Positions 26,821 through 40,229 of a stretch of DNA of 64,000 nt are shown here, in pieces. Numbering within the stretch: the first letter of the stretch is position 1; every line of letters starts with the position of its first letter. The stretch comes from Octopus sinensis (lineage: Eukaryota), in assembly GCF_006345805.1 (NCBI RefSeq), contig NC_042998.1, positions 123,132,001 to 123,196,000 of the forward strand, read 5' to 3'. A program made the position numbers and the translations under genes. The notes below the pieces were generated by a model. That model was not told where the DNA came from. It ran no database searches and saw nothing but the letters and a program-made list of their open reading frames with translations.

Positions 26821-27889
26821 TGAGAAAAAGATAGAAATGAATAGAAAAACAGAATCTGACGGCGAAGAAACTTAATATGGAATCTCTTCTTTACTTACAT
26901 TATCCTTCATTTTCATCAGTTTTGTATTTTTACCACAAGCCAATACTATCCTATTTCAATCTCTTCCATCTTTTACTAATTCATGTTTTCGATGCCTAAT
27001 AAGACAGTGATGTGCTTGCGCATCTAATGCAAATGTTGGAATTATTATGTTTCTAACTCACATATTTCAACGATCAGTCGTATAGTTTAGTTAATGTTGC
27101 GGTTGATTCGATAAACTTCTTTATTTCATGTATAAGTTGGAAAGAAAAACGATAGATAGATCATAAGGACATAGGCACATATAATGTTAGTAGATCGTAA
27201 CTAAGTACATTCAGTCACAGAACGCGTGACGCACGCTTAATGGAAAGCAAATAAATTATTTGAAAGATATTCATAAGCATTCTGTAGATTTTCTATCGAT
27301 TGAAATCCGTTTATATTTAAAACTCATATATTTAAAATAGAGTGTTTTAGTTTTCATTTCTTGACTCAATGTATATCATAATAGTCCTATCTTCAATCGT
27401 GTCTTGAAACATATAGTATTTCATTTTGGTACAACCAGACACTTTAATTTTAACAAAGCACATGCACTAAATATCTTTATTTTATTGTACAGTAAAAAAA
27501 AAAAAGATCAATATATTCGTCTACCACTGGTTTTATTTATTCTGTTGCACTAGAGCAGTTCTAATTCAATTTGCTATTGTATTTATAATAGTTCAAGGGA
27601 AAGATTTAGCATAATCTGAAATAAGGTAGATATTGGAAAATTGAGATTTATTATACAGTTCCTTTGCTCAGCATCGCAGTCGCAACACATGCAAAAATTT
27701 CTGAATATTTTCAACTGGAAAAAGAAAACATTGATTTAAAGTAATTGTATGCAATTTCATGGGAATACTAAAATGATTTAAATGCCGTCTTGTTTACAAT
27801 AAATTATACCGATGTAAAAATACAGATCTATAAAAGTGCTTTAATATAGGTGCTCACACACTCATGATCAGAAATACATACACATTAAC

Positions 27890-28095
27890 TTATATATGCA
27901 TAGAGTCCTCGGCCAATATACTCTGAAGAAATCGAAGATAAACCTCTCTAATTTCAACGTCAGCGCATCTGATACATTTCTCGAAGAAATTGTTAACGTC
28001 CATTATCTTCGATGTTTCCTTTTCAAGTTCAGTGCCATCTTCAACAACAAATGGGAGGTTTACATGAGTATCAACACTGTTTAGGAAACCAATTG
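27890..28095 (-). CDS. Candidate coding exon of an unidentified gene (xIGFLNSVDTHVNLPFVVEDGTELEKETSKIMDVNNFFEKCIRCADVEIREVYLRFLQSILAEDSMHI*)
   Basis: Strong acceptor ttcactctatattccag; only one frame stays open (about 68 codons) with globular-protein-like composition in non-repetitive DNA. The 3' boundary is uncertain (stop, or internal donors gag|gtttat and aga|gtatat). No family recognised. Confidence 0.4.
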
Positions 28096-30486
28096 CTGGA
28101 ATATAGAGTGAACTATAATGAAGTATCATGTGGTTAGAATGAAATAATGTAGATTCCCGTCAAATCCTCTTGCGTGACTAAACTACCTGGAAGACCTACG
28201 AGGAGATCCTTTTCTAAGTTTAAAAAGACCAACTAAATTCAATCACCGAAATAGCTGAAATTCAGGCAAGAATGTTTAAAATGTGAAGACGAATACTGCT
28301 GGAGCTCTGTCATCACAGGAACTGACTTTTTGAAATCAAGTTAAAATAAAAACTAACGAACACTTGAAGAACATAAAATGCACCGAATACAATTACTCCG
28401 TCTACCGAGCATTTACATACCCATATTTATTTGCACTTGTTTCACTCAGTAAGCAATGTTACCTACATCAATGTGGTGGAGTAATCCATTTAGGAGGTAA
28501 TTGAAATTCTTGGGCACGAGGTATAGCGGTTGATGACGACAATATATATCTACCATATAAATGAGAATGTGAGTGCGTAGTATATGTGTATATCACCAAA
28601 AGGCTCCGAAACGGTGCGGTTCAGAGTAAAACGAATTTGATTTTCGAAATATGCGTCCTAAGAAAGTTTTTAGTTATTAGTAATCAAAAATATACGAGAA
28701 CTAAATCAACTTCCATTGGTAAAGAACCAAGTGCAATAACCATTTGGTGCTTGAAATAGTGGCTTGAAATAGTGGCTTCTTGAACACAAAGCTGAATAAA
28801 TGTGTGCAGTAGTGGAAACATATCGATTGCAACAAAGTCCTAAACTCCATTCCCTTTACTTGATTTTATTTTGTCTGCGCTGCAGTTTATGGTTTTGTCA
28901 CAGGGTACGCGAAGTTATTATGAAACTGACTTCCTTTAATACCCACTCTCACACAATATTTCTGTAACGCTAAAATACTGCTCCGGTGCGTGGTTTTATT
29001 TTCCACATTCTGGTATACTTTCTCACCGATTATATGCTTATTGACTAATCCTGAATACAAATTAAAGTGTAAAGATTAATTATACTAATGTTTACTTACT
29101 CCTTCAATTTGCATATTAACCATTTTTCTTGATAGCTATTTCTGATATCAAATAACTTGTGCGTGAAAAGTGTTTTGTTGCATCTATATATATATTTCTA
29201 GACATCTCCATAAGTTGCAACGAATGTAGATATTACGTCTAAATTTAGAATATATTCATGGACCGAAAGAGAAGGAAAATCTTTGATGCATTACGGATAC
29301 GTTCAGTAGTACATTATAGGAAAGACACAAAACGTTGGTAATACATCAGGAATTAAATATTTGAACCTAGCTGTGAAGAAGTTCTTCAATATACAAATTA
29401 ATCTATCCGGTTTAATTGAGCCATTAATATCAGTGAGTTTATAGGTGGATATCAAAAGACAGTGCATAGCTATTAACATTACTCCAAACAGAGTTGAAAT
29501 ATGTAGAACACACAGCTGTTCAGGAGCATATTCTGTATATAGACATAACATACTTTGTTGGCTAACAAAAATCTACAGAAGTATTCTATAGCACATTATG
29601 GCAATAAACCATATCATAAAAACTTAAACCGCAGTATATATCTTAATACGTCCGTGTAGTTTTCATTGGAAGTATTCCAGAAATTTTGGTGGTGAGGAAA
29701 CCTTAAGTTGGAAAACGAGGAGTATAAAGACACAAAATTCATGAAAACGCAAACAGACTATCCAGAAATGACGCAGACAACGATGGCAGATCAAAAGCAA
29801 GCAGGATAGGCGCGTGTGTACCAACATGTAGCGCAGCAAATTATCGAAGAAAGATAGTTGACAATTTTTTATTCGTCTGCTATTCGTATATCATTAATTA
29901 ATTATATAATCCATATTTTTGATATCATTCTCTTTCTTCAGACTATGTATTTATGTATTGTGTGCTTACATTTATGCTTTATAAAATAGAAATTGAAATG
30001 AATACATCTATCTACACGCATAATTGTGCATCAAGGGATATAATCATATCAGCATATCTAAATGTACCCACTGTACTTAGCCTTAAGTTTGGTGATTACT
30101 TGAATTAATTTAAGAAACTAATTAGTATGACGACCTCATATACAGTTCCCGTCTGCTATACTTCACTCTCCGGTATATTGGTTGACGTGAGGATAAATGA
30201 GATAACACTTGGCCACAGCCTCATGAAGCGGATCAGAAACGAAAGCACGAGGTTGTGAAGCGAAATCCATAGTTATACAGACATGGATCACACACACACA
30301 CGCATACACACACGCAGACACACACACACCGAACACGCACGCACACACAGAGGTATACACGCAAAGACATGCACACACACAAACACGATCTCTCTCCCTG
30401 TCTCTGCGACTGTCTTTGTTTCTCTGTATCTCTCTCCCTCTCTCTGTCTCTATCTCTGTCACTCTGTCTCTCCGTTACTCAGTCTT

Positions 30487-30519
<33 letters not shown>

Positions 30520-31468
30520 GTACACACACATACATATATATGTATGTGTATGAAGCATGTGAATATATACATTTATTGTAAACATAATTTTTCCATCTTG
30601 ATACGCTTCAAAATAAATTATAGTTACTCATATGCCCACAAACTTTCTAATTCCATATTCAGTTCAGTTTTGCTGTTCAACAATTACAAAATGTAACTAC
30701 GTTACTATATGTTTATCGTTTTCCCATTCAAACTAAATTATAGGATTCCACGAAAGCAAAACGTATAATCATTCCTAAAACTAGTCGACTTTCTTAATGG
30801 CTGTAATCCCATCTGTTTAAAAGTCCTTTATAACTATGGCATATATATATATATATTACATTTATTATATATATTTTCGTATATTTTCCTCATAATAATA
30901 CGTCTAAATTTCAGCTACAAATAATTATACAATATCATATATATAATTAGTGAAAAGCACAGTAACCATTGATGATTAAAATAACGTGTAACATTTATAT
31001 TTAACACGTTGATGTACTTTCAAACGTGAAAATAAGATGAGTATTGCAACTGTATCGGAAGAAACATTCTACTTATAAACAATATGAATGTCGTCATGCA
31101 ACTATATGACACATATTTCTACGTCGTTACTCTTCATCAGATACAGACACCTAAAAGACCATAAGCAAATCCGTTCTTTTATCTAAACAGCAAATAATTT
31201 CTGTTCTGGTGCATGAATCACTTTGTCAAGCTGAAATTTATAAAAATCACACAGATTTACGATGATCAAAATATAGCTGCGATATATTAATGTTTAACAC
31301 ATCCGTCACTGCAGAAAAGAGCAAGTACAGTGTAGCTCGGAGCATTTTCAAACATGCATATTTTTCGGAGAATTTTTCTTTCGCGACACAAGAACCTCGG
31401 TGAAGATATTTCCATATTTGACAACATATGAAGTTGTAAAATACAAATCCACTTATCTTTACACACAC

Positions 31469-31513
<45 letters not shown>

Positions 31514-31539
31514 ACTACAGACATCTGTTGATGTTTTTC

Positions 31540-32350
31540 AGATAGGGTCCGTCGGACTCTTATGCGAATTGTTAGAAAGGATCACAAAATTAATGAAAAG
31601 CTTAATGACCACCTCGAGAACCCAGTTTCAACAAAAACTGTTCGTGGGGAGCTGCACAAAGCCAGATGTCACGGGACGGCTGTAGTCAGGAAACCAGTAC
31701 TTTCAAAAGTAAACATTGCAAAGCGTTTAGAGTGGAGTAAAAACCTATAGAATTGGTCCCTAGAGCAGTGTAGGAATGCTATTTTCTCGGACGAGTCATC
31801 TTTTACCTTATTTCCGACCACCGGCCGAGTATACGTGTGAAGACAGCCAAAAAATGCATTTGATCCAGACTACTTTCTTCCAGCTGTTAAGCATAGAGAA
31901 GGATCCGTGATGATCTGGGAGGCTATATCTTGGAGATTCGCCGGTCCACTGGTTTCCCTTCATGGCAGCATTTATCCTGTGTTTGTAGAAGTGTTTTCAG
32001 AGGGAAACGCAATCTTTCAGGATGATAATGTACCAATCCACATTTTAAAACTGTTACTGAATGGCACGAAGAACATTCTAGTGAAGATGAACATGTTATC
32101 CGGCCACCACAGTCGCCAGATCTCAATATTATTGAACGTTTATGGTGCATTTACAAAAAAAGAAGTACTGATTCGATACCATCCACCATCATCATTATCA
32201 GAACTGAAGAATGGACAAAAATTTCAAACTTTGTCCGAGTCCATACCTCATAGAATTCAAGCTGTAATTACTGCCAAAGGCGGTCCTACACCATATTAAA
32301 TAAATTTGTCTGAAATTTTAAGTTATTTCCATTATTTTGTGCAACCCCTG
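31540..32350 (+). mobile_element. Tc1-family (DD34E-type) transposon, 5'-truncated and decayed
   Basis: TVRGELHKA...AVVRKPVLSKVNIAKRLEW, IFSDES, VMIWEAISW, IFQDDNVPIH, PDLNIIERLW, SIPHRIQAVITAKGGPTPY*, and a right terminus ...tgtgcaacccctg|TA. Confidence 0.9.
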
Positions 32351-32559
32351 TAAGTGCAAACAAGAGAGATTGGGTTAAGCAAACACGCGTTTTTACATAA
32401 TACGACAATTTTTCCTCACCATTTTAGCAGCAGATACTTGCCGAAATATTATGTAATATATTAAATATATTACATATATTACGTTGCATGAATTTTATTT
32501 CAGCAATATAGGTAAAGCGATCGACGAGGTTAGTAGCAAAATTGGATTGATACATACAC

Positions 32560-32656
32560 ACAGACATACACGCAGATATACACACATGCATACATACATA
32601 CACGCACACATACGTACACATATATATTCAGATGCATACATAAATACATACATAGG

Positions 32657-32712
<56 letters not shown>

Positions 32713-32884
32713 CATATACACCCACACATAAATACATATAGGGACATGTCTTCTTATAGCTATATTCATAACCCACGATCTATTTGTACCGCTATTAATC
32801 TTGGATTATCAACGTTAGACGATTACGTCATTCACGTTATGTGTACACATACACAATGTGTGTGTGTATATATATATATATTAT

Positions 32885-32931
<47 letters not shown>

Positions 32932-33010
32932 CTGTGTGTGTGTGAATACGTATGTATATGTATGTGTGTGTGAATAAGTATGTATATGTGTGTGAGTGTG
33001 TGTGTATATG
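32560..33010. repeat. Compound (CA)n/(TA)n/(TG)n microsatellite region
   Basis: Directly visible. Confidence 0.9.
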
Positions 33011-33213
33011 TAGATAATCCAAATAATAACAAACAAACCAAAGAAATGCCTTAACTTATCTTTCACATTGCCAGTTGACGCAAGCGTTCGTAGAGAAAAT
33101 TTACATAATCTTTGCATTAAACTGGCACTTCATCAAACTTGCATCAAAGGTGCTCTCTTATGTTGTGCGTCTTCCATACATTGTTTTAGCATATAGGAAA
33201 CGAAAAGTAGATA

Positions 33214-33788
33214 TTGGTCATCCCATAAATAATGCATTTTTTTATACTATTATTTTTCAAAATTAAGATGAACAAAGTTCTTTTTCAATCTAAAATATAC
33301 TCTCCTTCATTTTATACGATGCTCTTCCATCTATTTAGTAGACTTGCAAAGCCCCACTTCCAAAATTTACTTGTCTGTGCCTACAAATACTCCTCCAGTA
33401 CTATTCTGACCTCGTCTACTGAATTCATATTTTTTCCGTCCAAATGATTTTGAATAATGAATTTCAGGAATCAGCGTTGACACTGGCTTACGTTTATTGT
33501 CCGATCCCTATATACTGCATTAATATTCCTCGCACTTTCTGTTGCGTTGTTGCCTGTATTGAACTCATAAAGCAAAATATGCCGAATATGCTCCTTTGTC
33601 ATTTCAATTATAGCTTTGAAAAATAACTGTTAAATTCGAACTGCACTCTTCAATACATGCACTAAGAATAATGACAAGGTAAAATTACAACCTGCGTTTA
33701 TAGAATGTTGATGCAGGTATTTTATCCCGACCCCTCCGACGTGTTGCTAATGCAATTAAAAAAACGCATTATTTATGGGATAATCCAA
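33214..33788 (-). mobile_element. Internally deleted mariner (DD34D-type) element, 575 bp, both TIRs
   Basis: TA|TTGGTCATCCCATAAATAATGCATTTTTTT and the inverted AAAAAACGCATTATTTATGGGATAATCCAA|TA. Minus-strand MTKEHIRHILLYEFNTGNNATESARNINAVY (HTH, from 33602) is fused directly to the C-terminal QNHLDGKNMNSVDEVR...LLNRWKSIV*NEGEYILD*. Confidence 0.9.
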
Positions 33789-34719
33789 TATTTTTGCTGT
33801 TCCTATTCTGAAAGTGCCCATAGCTAAACGCACATAAAATATTTCGCGGAAAGTAGGGACTGGAGCAAGTAGAAATTTTGGCTAAATTGCAAAAGAAAAA
33901 ATATTTCCGAAAGTCAAGCAAGGTGTAATTCAGATTTCGAAATATGTACAGTGAGTTTCAAGTCAAAAAGAAAGTTTCCGGTCACAGAGAAGCAGCTCGA
34001 CTTTGAACTGTAGAAAGAAAGCGAAGTTAATGATCGTTATAAGTTGGAACAAGAACCAAATGCTGCAAAATAGCCAGAAAAATACAAAAGACAGAATAGA
34101 AGCAATGCTTAAAGTAAAAACAACATGATTAATAGGAAGAGAAGAACATGAAAAAAAGAAGAAACAAAAGCATGTCCTCGAAAACGAAAGCACACAGATA
34201 ATTCAAAGAATGAAAAATAAAGATGCAGACGTAGTACAAGAAATTAAGTTAATTTGTAATGATTGTCGAAGAAAGTGTAAACAGAATCAGTGTTAACGGA
34301 AGACAAAGAAATGCAAATATTATGAAACCAGAAGAAACATGCAGAATTTTAAAATAATAGAATCAACAATAACACATTAAAAATATTGCTGCGTAGAAAT
34401 ATTGCTTAATAAAATCGTAGGACAAAATATTGCTTCAATACACCCAAAAGACAGTAGATTCAATGACAACTGTCAAAAAGGTAAGTTATTGTCTAACCAA
34501 AGGTAAATAACATCATATTTTTGTAATTGATGAGCAGCCCGTAAGGGATCCAACATTCTTAAAATCAATTTTTAACTTTTCCTGTTCATGACCAAATCAA
34601 TTATTAAAGGAGAATCTTAACACTTCAACATCTTCGTGTATATCATTCGGAAGCAGACACTGATATTAAATTTGAGAATCAGATTAATGAGTGATGCATC
34701 CTTGAAATTATTATCACTT

Positions 34720-34925
34720 TAGGCATAGAGCTGGTTGAATCCTTAGAGCGTCAAAGACGGCTTGGCGGTATTTTTTGCTCTTTATGTTCTAATTTCAAAT
34801 CCTGTCGCGGTCATCTTTGTCATTCATCTATCCAAGGTTGATAAAATAAAACAGCAATCTAGTACTGGGGTTACTAGTATAGACTAACCAGTCTCAGAGA
34901 AAACTGCTGGCTTTGCACCAAATTA
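34720..34925 (+). mobile_element. tRNA-derived SINE (second family), decayed
   Basis: aggcatagagctggttgaatccttagagcg head, ...ttcaaatcctgtcgcggtcatctttgtcattcatc...gataaaataa...gctggctttgcaccaaattag; homologous to 22980. Confidence 0.7.
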
Positions 34926-35888
34926 GAGAGCAATTATTAGATGAGATCATCAAACAACTTTTAAAGTCTTTCTCATTAAATCTTAAGCAAAACTAAAAGA
35001 TAACAACCTCAACAAAGAGCAATGACATAATAATCCAACTCCACTAATGAAAAATTGTGTTGACAAGAAACGAAACACTCGCCGAAGACAATATAACTCT
35101 TCGCATTGTGTCTGAAATAGCAACGACTTTAGGAATATGATCAGAGAATTCTACCTTAATGTAGGCTTTTGCATTCAAGCTTGTAACCAAGAAACTTCTC
35201 TTTTTAATTTGAAGATATTGACCTAATTAGTTCCACATCTTTTAAAAACTATTGAGCACTTTGTTGGCAATTAATACTGAACATTATTCATGAAGTAACT
35301 AATTGCCACAAGCAGTATTAGTATGTTGCAGTAAAATGATTGCTCAAGCAGCAGTAAGACTACAATTCCTATCATAACAACATTTTAGAATATGCGATTG
35401 ACTCTCATTTTCAAGTTTGAATTATATGAGATATCAACAAGGAGGTGTCCAGAGTTGAGCATAAAATAAACACTGATAATATCGCTGGTTTTATCGTTGA
35501 CAAACAACTCATGTAGGTCTTAATTATTTCGCTATCAGCATTTGAGTTACCAACAACGAATTAAACTGCTATCCCAGCCGATTAATCCAATTCAGAATGA
35601 AATCCCTATGCTGTACAGAACCCTTCAGACCGACTGATATTTCAGACAGAATAATTTAAAGATATCCTGGAAACACTAAAGCATATTTCCATGCTCTCGA
35701 ACACCACAAAACCGTTAAATCTCACTCGTAATGCAACATATACATATATATATATACACTCAAGCCTATTCCCCATTTTTTAGGAATAGATACCCACTAC
35801 AAGACACACCCCAGGCATACCATTCATTTCTCAGTTTGAGCATAATAAATATGGTAAAAGCTGATGTAAAATACTTGAGGAAGCATAC

Positions 35889-35978
35889 TCAAACAGATAT
35901 TAAAGAATGCATAATCTTCACAAAATTTCCGAATACCAGTGTGCAAACTGGCTACACTTGACAGCAGATACCGTATTT
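35889..35978 (-). CDS. Candidate 90-nt phase-1/phase-1 exon (xIRYLLSSVASLHTGIRKFCEDYAFFNICL)
   Basis: Strong acceptor ttttcgttttcttttacttaag, donor ttga|gtatgc, open frame; phase-compatible with the 28095 candidate. No homology recognised. Confidence 0.3.
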
Positions 35979-36864
35979 CTTAAGTAAAAGAAAACGAAAC
36001 ATTTCAGTTTATATGTATCTACCATGTCAATACAGTTGTATACTCGTCATTGAAACCGAATAAATGCAATTTCTAACCCATGCATATTTCAAACTAAAAT
36101 TTACGATTTCGTGGCTGTTTTATAATGAACAAGGAATTGTTAACGATGGAGCTTGATAGAAAGTATTTGACTGACAATTACGAAACTAAATGCGTGGCAA
36201 ATAGTAATTTTGAGAATGGCAGTTAATTTGAAAGATAACAATGTATGTATTTCACTGAAAGAAAAGAAAGATAAGCCTCAGAAGCCATAAATGAACTGCC
36301 AGCGTGGTTTCCCTTGAAACATGATGCGCTGACGTGATGCCTGCGGTAGTCATTCATTACACACCATGATTTTGACAAGAAAACTATAATGTGGAAACCA
36401 AGAATCAGATATTCCGTTAAAACCATTCCCAAAATATATATTGTCAGTTGTATTGAAACTGAATGCTTCCATCTGAGAATATTATTTCTGAGTGTGAAAA
36501 GAGCAGCTAGCTTCGAGTATCTGCGGACATTGAATAAGGTGTGTACGCAACTTTTCAAGAAGTTGCAGAACAACGAAATTTAATAAACAGTGAAGATAAA
36601 TGAGTTAGGTGCATGGCTGAAGCTTTTCCCGATGATCTCTCTTCTCATATCCGCTGTTGCCTTACATTGATATCCTCTATAAAGTAATCCTAAAATACAA
36701 TGCAACATTATCAGGAAAAGATCATAGAAAATTACACTAACCCAGTCAATTCATTGTAAATACAACATAATAAATAATTGAAAAACATGGAATGTAAATA
36801 ATATAGATAAATAATATGATGGTAGTAGTAGTTATTATAGTAGTAGTTGTTATTGTTGTTTTAG

Positions 36865-37045
36865 CTTTTTTTCTAATATAAGCACCAGGGCTCAAATGTG
36901 GGTGGGGACCTAGTTGATTGCATCGAATGGTACTTGTTTCACAGACTCCCAAAGGATAAACGGTACAGTCGACCACGGACGTAGAAAATCGCACTAAGCA
37001 TTTTGTCCGGCGTGGTAATGATTCTAGTAGCTGTCCGCCTGGTAA
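36865..37045 (-). mobile_element. Decayed SINE (second family)
   Basis: ttttctaatataagcaccagggc...gattgcatcga...gtcgacc...cactaagcattttgtccggcgtg, related to 22980. Confidence 0.65.
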
Positions 37046-37074
37046 TTCAAGATTACAAACGAAGAAGAACAAAT

Positions 37075-38255
37075 CTGGGAATGGTTAGACTGACTAAGGC
37101 AAAGCTTATGATATCATTCCACATTTGTGGGTCATCGATTGCTTAGAACTATTTGGAATTGCGTGGAATGTAACATGTTTCCTGGAGAGAAATGTGGGAT
37201 GGAAAACTGAACTGACATCTTACAGAAAAAACCTGGTCATCACGAGTATCAGAAGAGGGATTTTCCAGGTTGATAGCCTATCTCCGTTACCTTTTGTTCT
37301 CTGCATGATACTTCTAAGCTTGGTACTTAGGAATATGAACCTAGGCTACCATCAAAAAGGAAAATCCCAAGCAATCAACCACCTCCGCTTAATGGATGAT
37401 TTGAAACGGTATGGCAAAGATGAGACCCAAATGAGTTCCTTAGTGAACACGGCTCACTGTTTTAGTAGATATTAAAATGGAATTTGGACTCAAGAAATGC
37501 GGAATAATCTACTTAAAAAGAAGCAAGAAACAGTCCCTAGGAACAAGCGATAAGCAGCAACTATATGAAGTGCAGAATAGACAACACTTCCGATAGCGAC
37601 AAATGCAGAATGTGTGGGGAGAGGGTGAAACGGTATGGTACATCGTTAGCGAATGCCTGAAATTGGCATAACGCGAATACAAAAGATGACATGATAATGT
37701 TGCAAGAATTATTCTTTGTGAGTTCTGAGGAAATCACGGATAACAAGGAGCAAAGACGTGGTATCAGAAAACTCCAGGAGTCACCGAAATGAGAATTGCA
37801 AAAATTTTGTGGGACGCAATGATCCACAGTGATCATCCGACCAGACATCAGAAACCGGACATTGTTGTGGTGAGTAAAAAGGAAAGAAAAGGCATGATAA
37901 TCGACAGCTTGCCTAGGTGACAACAGGATAAATGTGAAAGAAGAAGAACTGAACAACTATGACGATTTGAAGTGGGAAATACGAAGGTTGTGTCAATGAA
38001 AAGAATAGACGTCTTACCAATAGTAATTGCTGCAATTTGAAGTATCCGCACTTATCTACCAGCACGACGGAAAAAGATCGGTGTAAGTGTGAAAGTAGAA
38101 CACCTACAAAACTCAGGATTGCTTGGAACTGCAAGAATTATTCGTAGGGTTCTTGGAGCATGACCAGTAAACAAGTGTCACCTTAGTCTGATGTCTGTGG
38201 ATAGTAGACACTTTCCATCATACCCGGTAAAATAAGCTGTGAGTTTTCATCACAT
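37075..38255 (+). mobile_element. R4/Dong-clade LINE fragment A (RT part joined to C-terminal zinc knuckle/REL endonuclease by an internal deletion)
   Basis: KAYDIIPH.WVIDCLELFGI, IRRGIFQVDSLSP, INHL.LMDDLK.YGK; then CRMCGER.ET.W.IVSEC.KLA, ILWD, KPDIVVV. Ends in (TAA)n. Confidence 0.9.
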
Positions 38256-38264
38256 AATAATGAT

Positions 38265-38415
<151 letters not shown>

Positions 38416-38972
38416 GCCCTGATGCACTACCAAACAGTGGTTCTCATGGCTTCTTTACTTAACTGATTGGAAGTGCTATCATCTACATTGTTAATTCCTG
38501 GTATAAAAGATGGGCTACAGTAAATATTCTGCTCAATACCACAGATTTGCTTGTGCGTTGTTTGACCTTGACCACTTGAGCATGTCCCTTAGTGGCTGAC
38601 GATATGTACATCTCTGGTTACGAGCAGCAGTAGTGCAGGAGCATCATAGCCATGCGTTGAGAGGAATTGTTTGGGGTTTGGATAATTCACCTGTCGAAAC
38701 ATGGGTGATTCGTTCAACATCTTTAAACAACCTTTCTTTAGAGAAAACTTGAGCGGGATGGGCTACTCGACCTGAACAAAATTTCTAGCTGGGCCGCATC
38801 TGCAAGGTCATGCGCTGTTTATTTTGATATGAGATCACCAAGTCACGTACATATGGTTGTGATTCATGTGTCTGTTGAACCCTTATCATACGGGTAGTCA
38901 CATGATGAGTATATCGGGCTTCGTATATTTTATCCCCGTGTCATTTTGATAGCATGCACTGCCCTTTCACTC
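38416..38972 (+). mobile_element. Unclassified ~550-bp interspersed element, copy 1, flanked by (TAA)n
   Basis: Colinear with 42115-42661 and the reverse complement of 48326-48942; starts gccctgatgcactacc and ends ctc-aataat. Confidence 0.85.
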
Positions 38973-39014
38973 AATAATAATGATGATGATGATGATGATG
39001 ATGATGGTGATGAT

Positions 39015-40110
39015 GATAACTTACGTACAAAACCACCACAATCGGACTGGCCAAATACCATGTAACAACCAACTACTTGATGCTAAAACCTGTTGAAAAA
39101 CACGAAAGACCGAAAAGACTTTACTCTATTCTGAAATAGAGCAAAAAATTCGCTACTGATCTCTTAGATGCCTACCAGATTAATTAGGTTGAATAAATGT
39201 GCCAACTGCTGCAGCAGCAAAGAAAATAAAATTAATTGCAAAAACAAAAGCACATGAAAAATTAGCTCACAGATGGGAACAGAAGTCTCTGCATGGCAAG
39301 TATCTGGCTCGTAGCAAACAAGCTGATGTCGACCAGAAACACACGCATCAATGGTTACGAAGCTTAGGGATAAAAGTAGAGAGTGAAGTTTTCATATTAG
39401 CTTATTAAACCGGAACTACCAAGCCAATGTGAAAAAAATGGAGCTCACCCCAAATGCTGATTCTTTAACGATAAGCTTGAAAGTATGGAACACCTAATCT
39501 CAGGGTGTAGAGTCTTAGCACCTGTAGAATATAAAGCAAGATATGACAGAGTTGACCAGTATTTACACTGGAGAATATGTTGGCATTATAAAATCAAAAC
39601 CGCTGTGACTGGGGGAGAAAATATGTCGATCCTATGGGACTTCCCTGTGCATACCACAAAACTACAAAAGCTAATAAACCGGATATTATAAAAGATTAGA
39701 CAAAAGGTGTGTTTATTAATTGACATGAGTATTCCTTGCGATCACAATATAGCGACGAAAGAATTTGACAAGATCAGTAAATATAAAGACTTGCTAATAG
39801 AAATTGAAATCATATGGCATCTCAAGGCAACTACAGTACCAGTAATTGTAGGATCTCTAGGTATGATAAAAATAGCTACTGAAACCTATTTGAAAATGAT
39901 ACCAAGCTTACCATCACTACAGGATGTGCAAAAAATCGTGTTAACTGTGAAAATAACATCCAATCATGAATTTATCTATTTATTAATTTTTTGAATACAT
40001 ATTTAACCTGTGAATTTGTGCCTGTAATCTGGGAATTCATACAACGTGCTTCTCTGCCCTAGGCGTACGGAAAAACACTCGGCGAGAAACGGAAGAAAAT
40101 TTAAAGAAAG
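39015..40110 (+). mobile_element. R4/Dong-clade LINE fragment B (3' part)
   Basis: RWEQKSLHGKY, THQWLRSLGIKVESE.FI, EHLISGC.VLA..EYK.R.D.V.QYLHW, ILWDFP, LLIDMSIP.D.NI..KE..K.SKYKDL.IEI, VPVIVGSLG. Confidence 0.9.
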
Positions 40111-40229
40111 AAGAAAAAAAATAATAATACACTAACGTATTGATCTTTGCAGAATCTGTAGTAGTTACTAGAAGATTAGATAATTCACAACGAAATATTA
40201 AAAAAGTACAAACATGGGAAAGGAGATTA

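Noticed and set aside
27890-28095. Similarity of LNSVDTHVNLPFVVE...IMDV...VYLR to the Penelope RT C-terminus
   Set aside because: Motif spacing does not fit and the FLD and YRKPT residues are absent.
36223-36573. 116-aa minus-strand ORF
   Set aside because: No recognisable domain, no coherent splice pair and composition typical of random AT-rich DNA.
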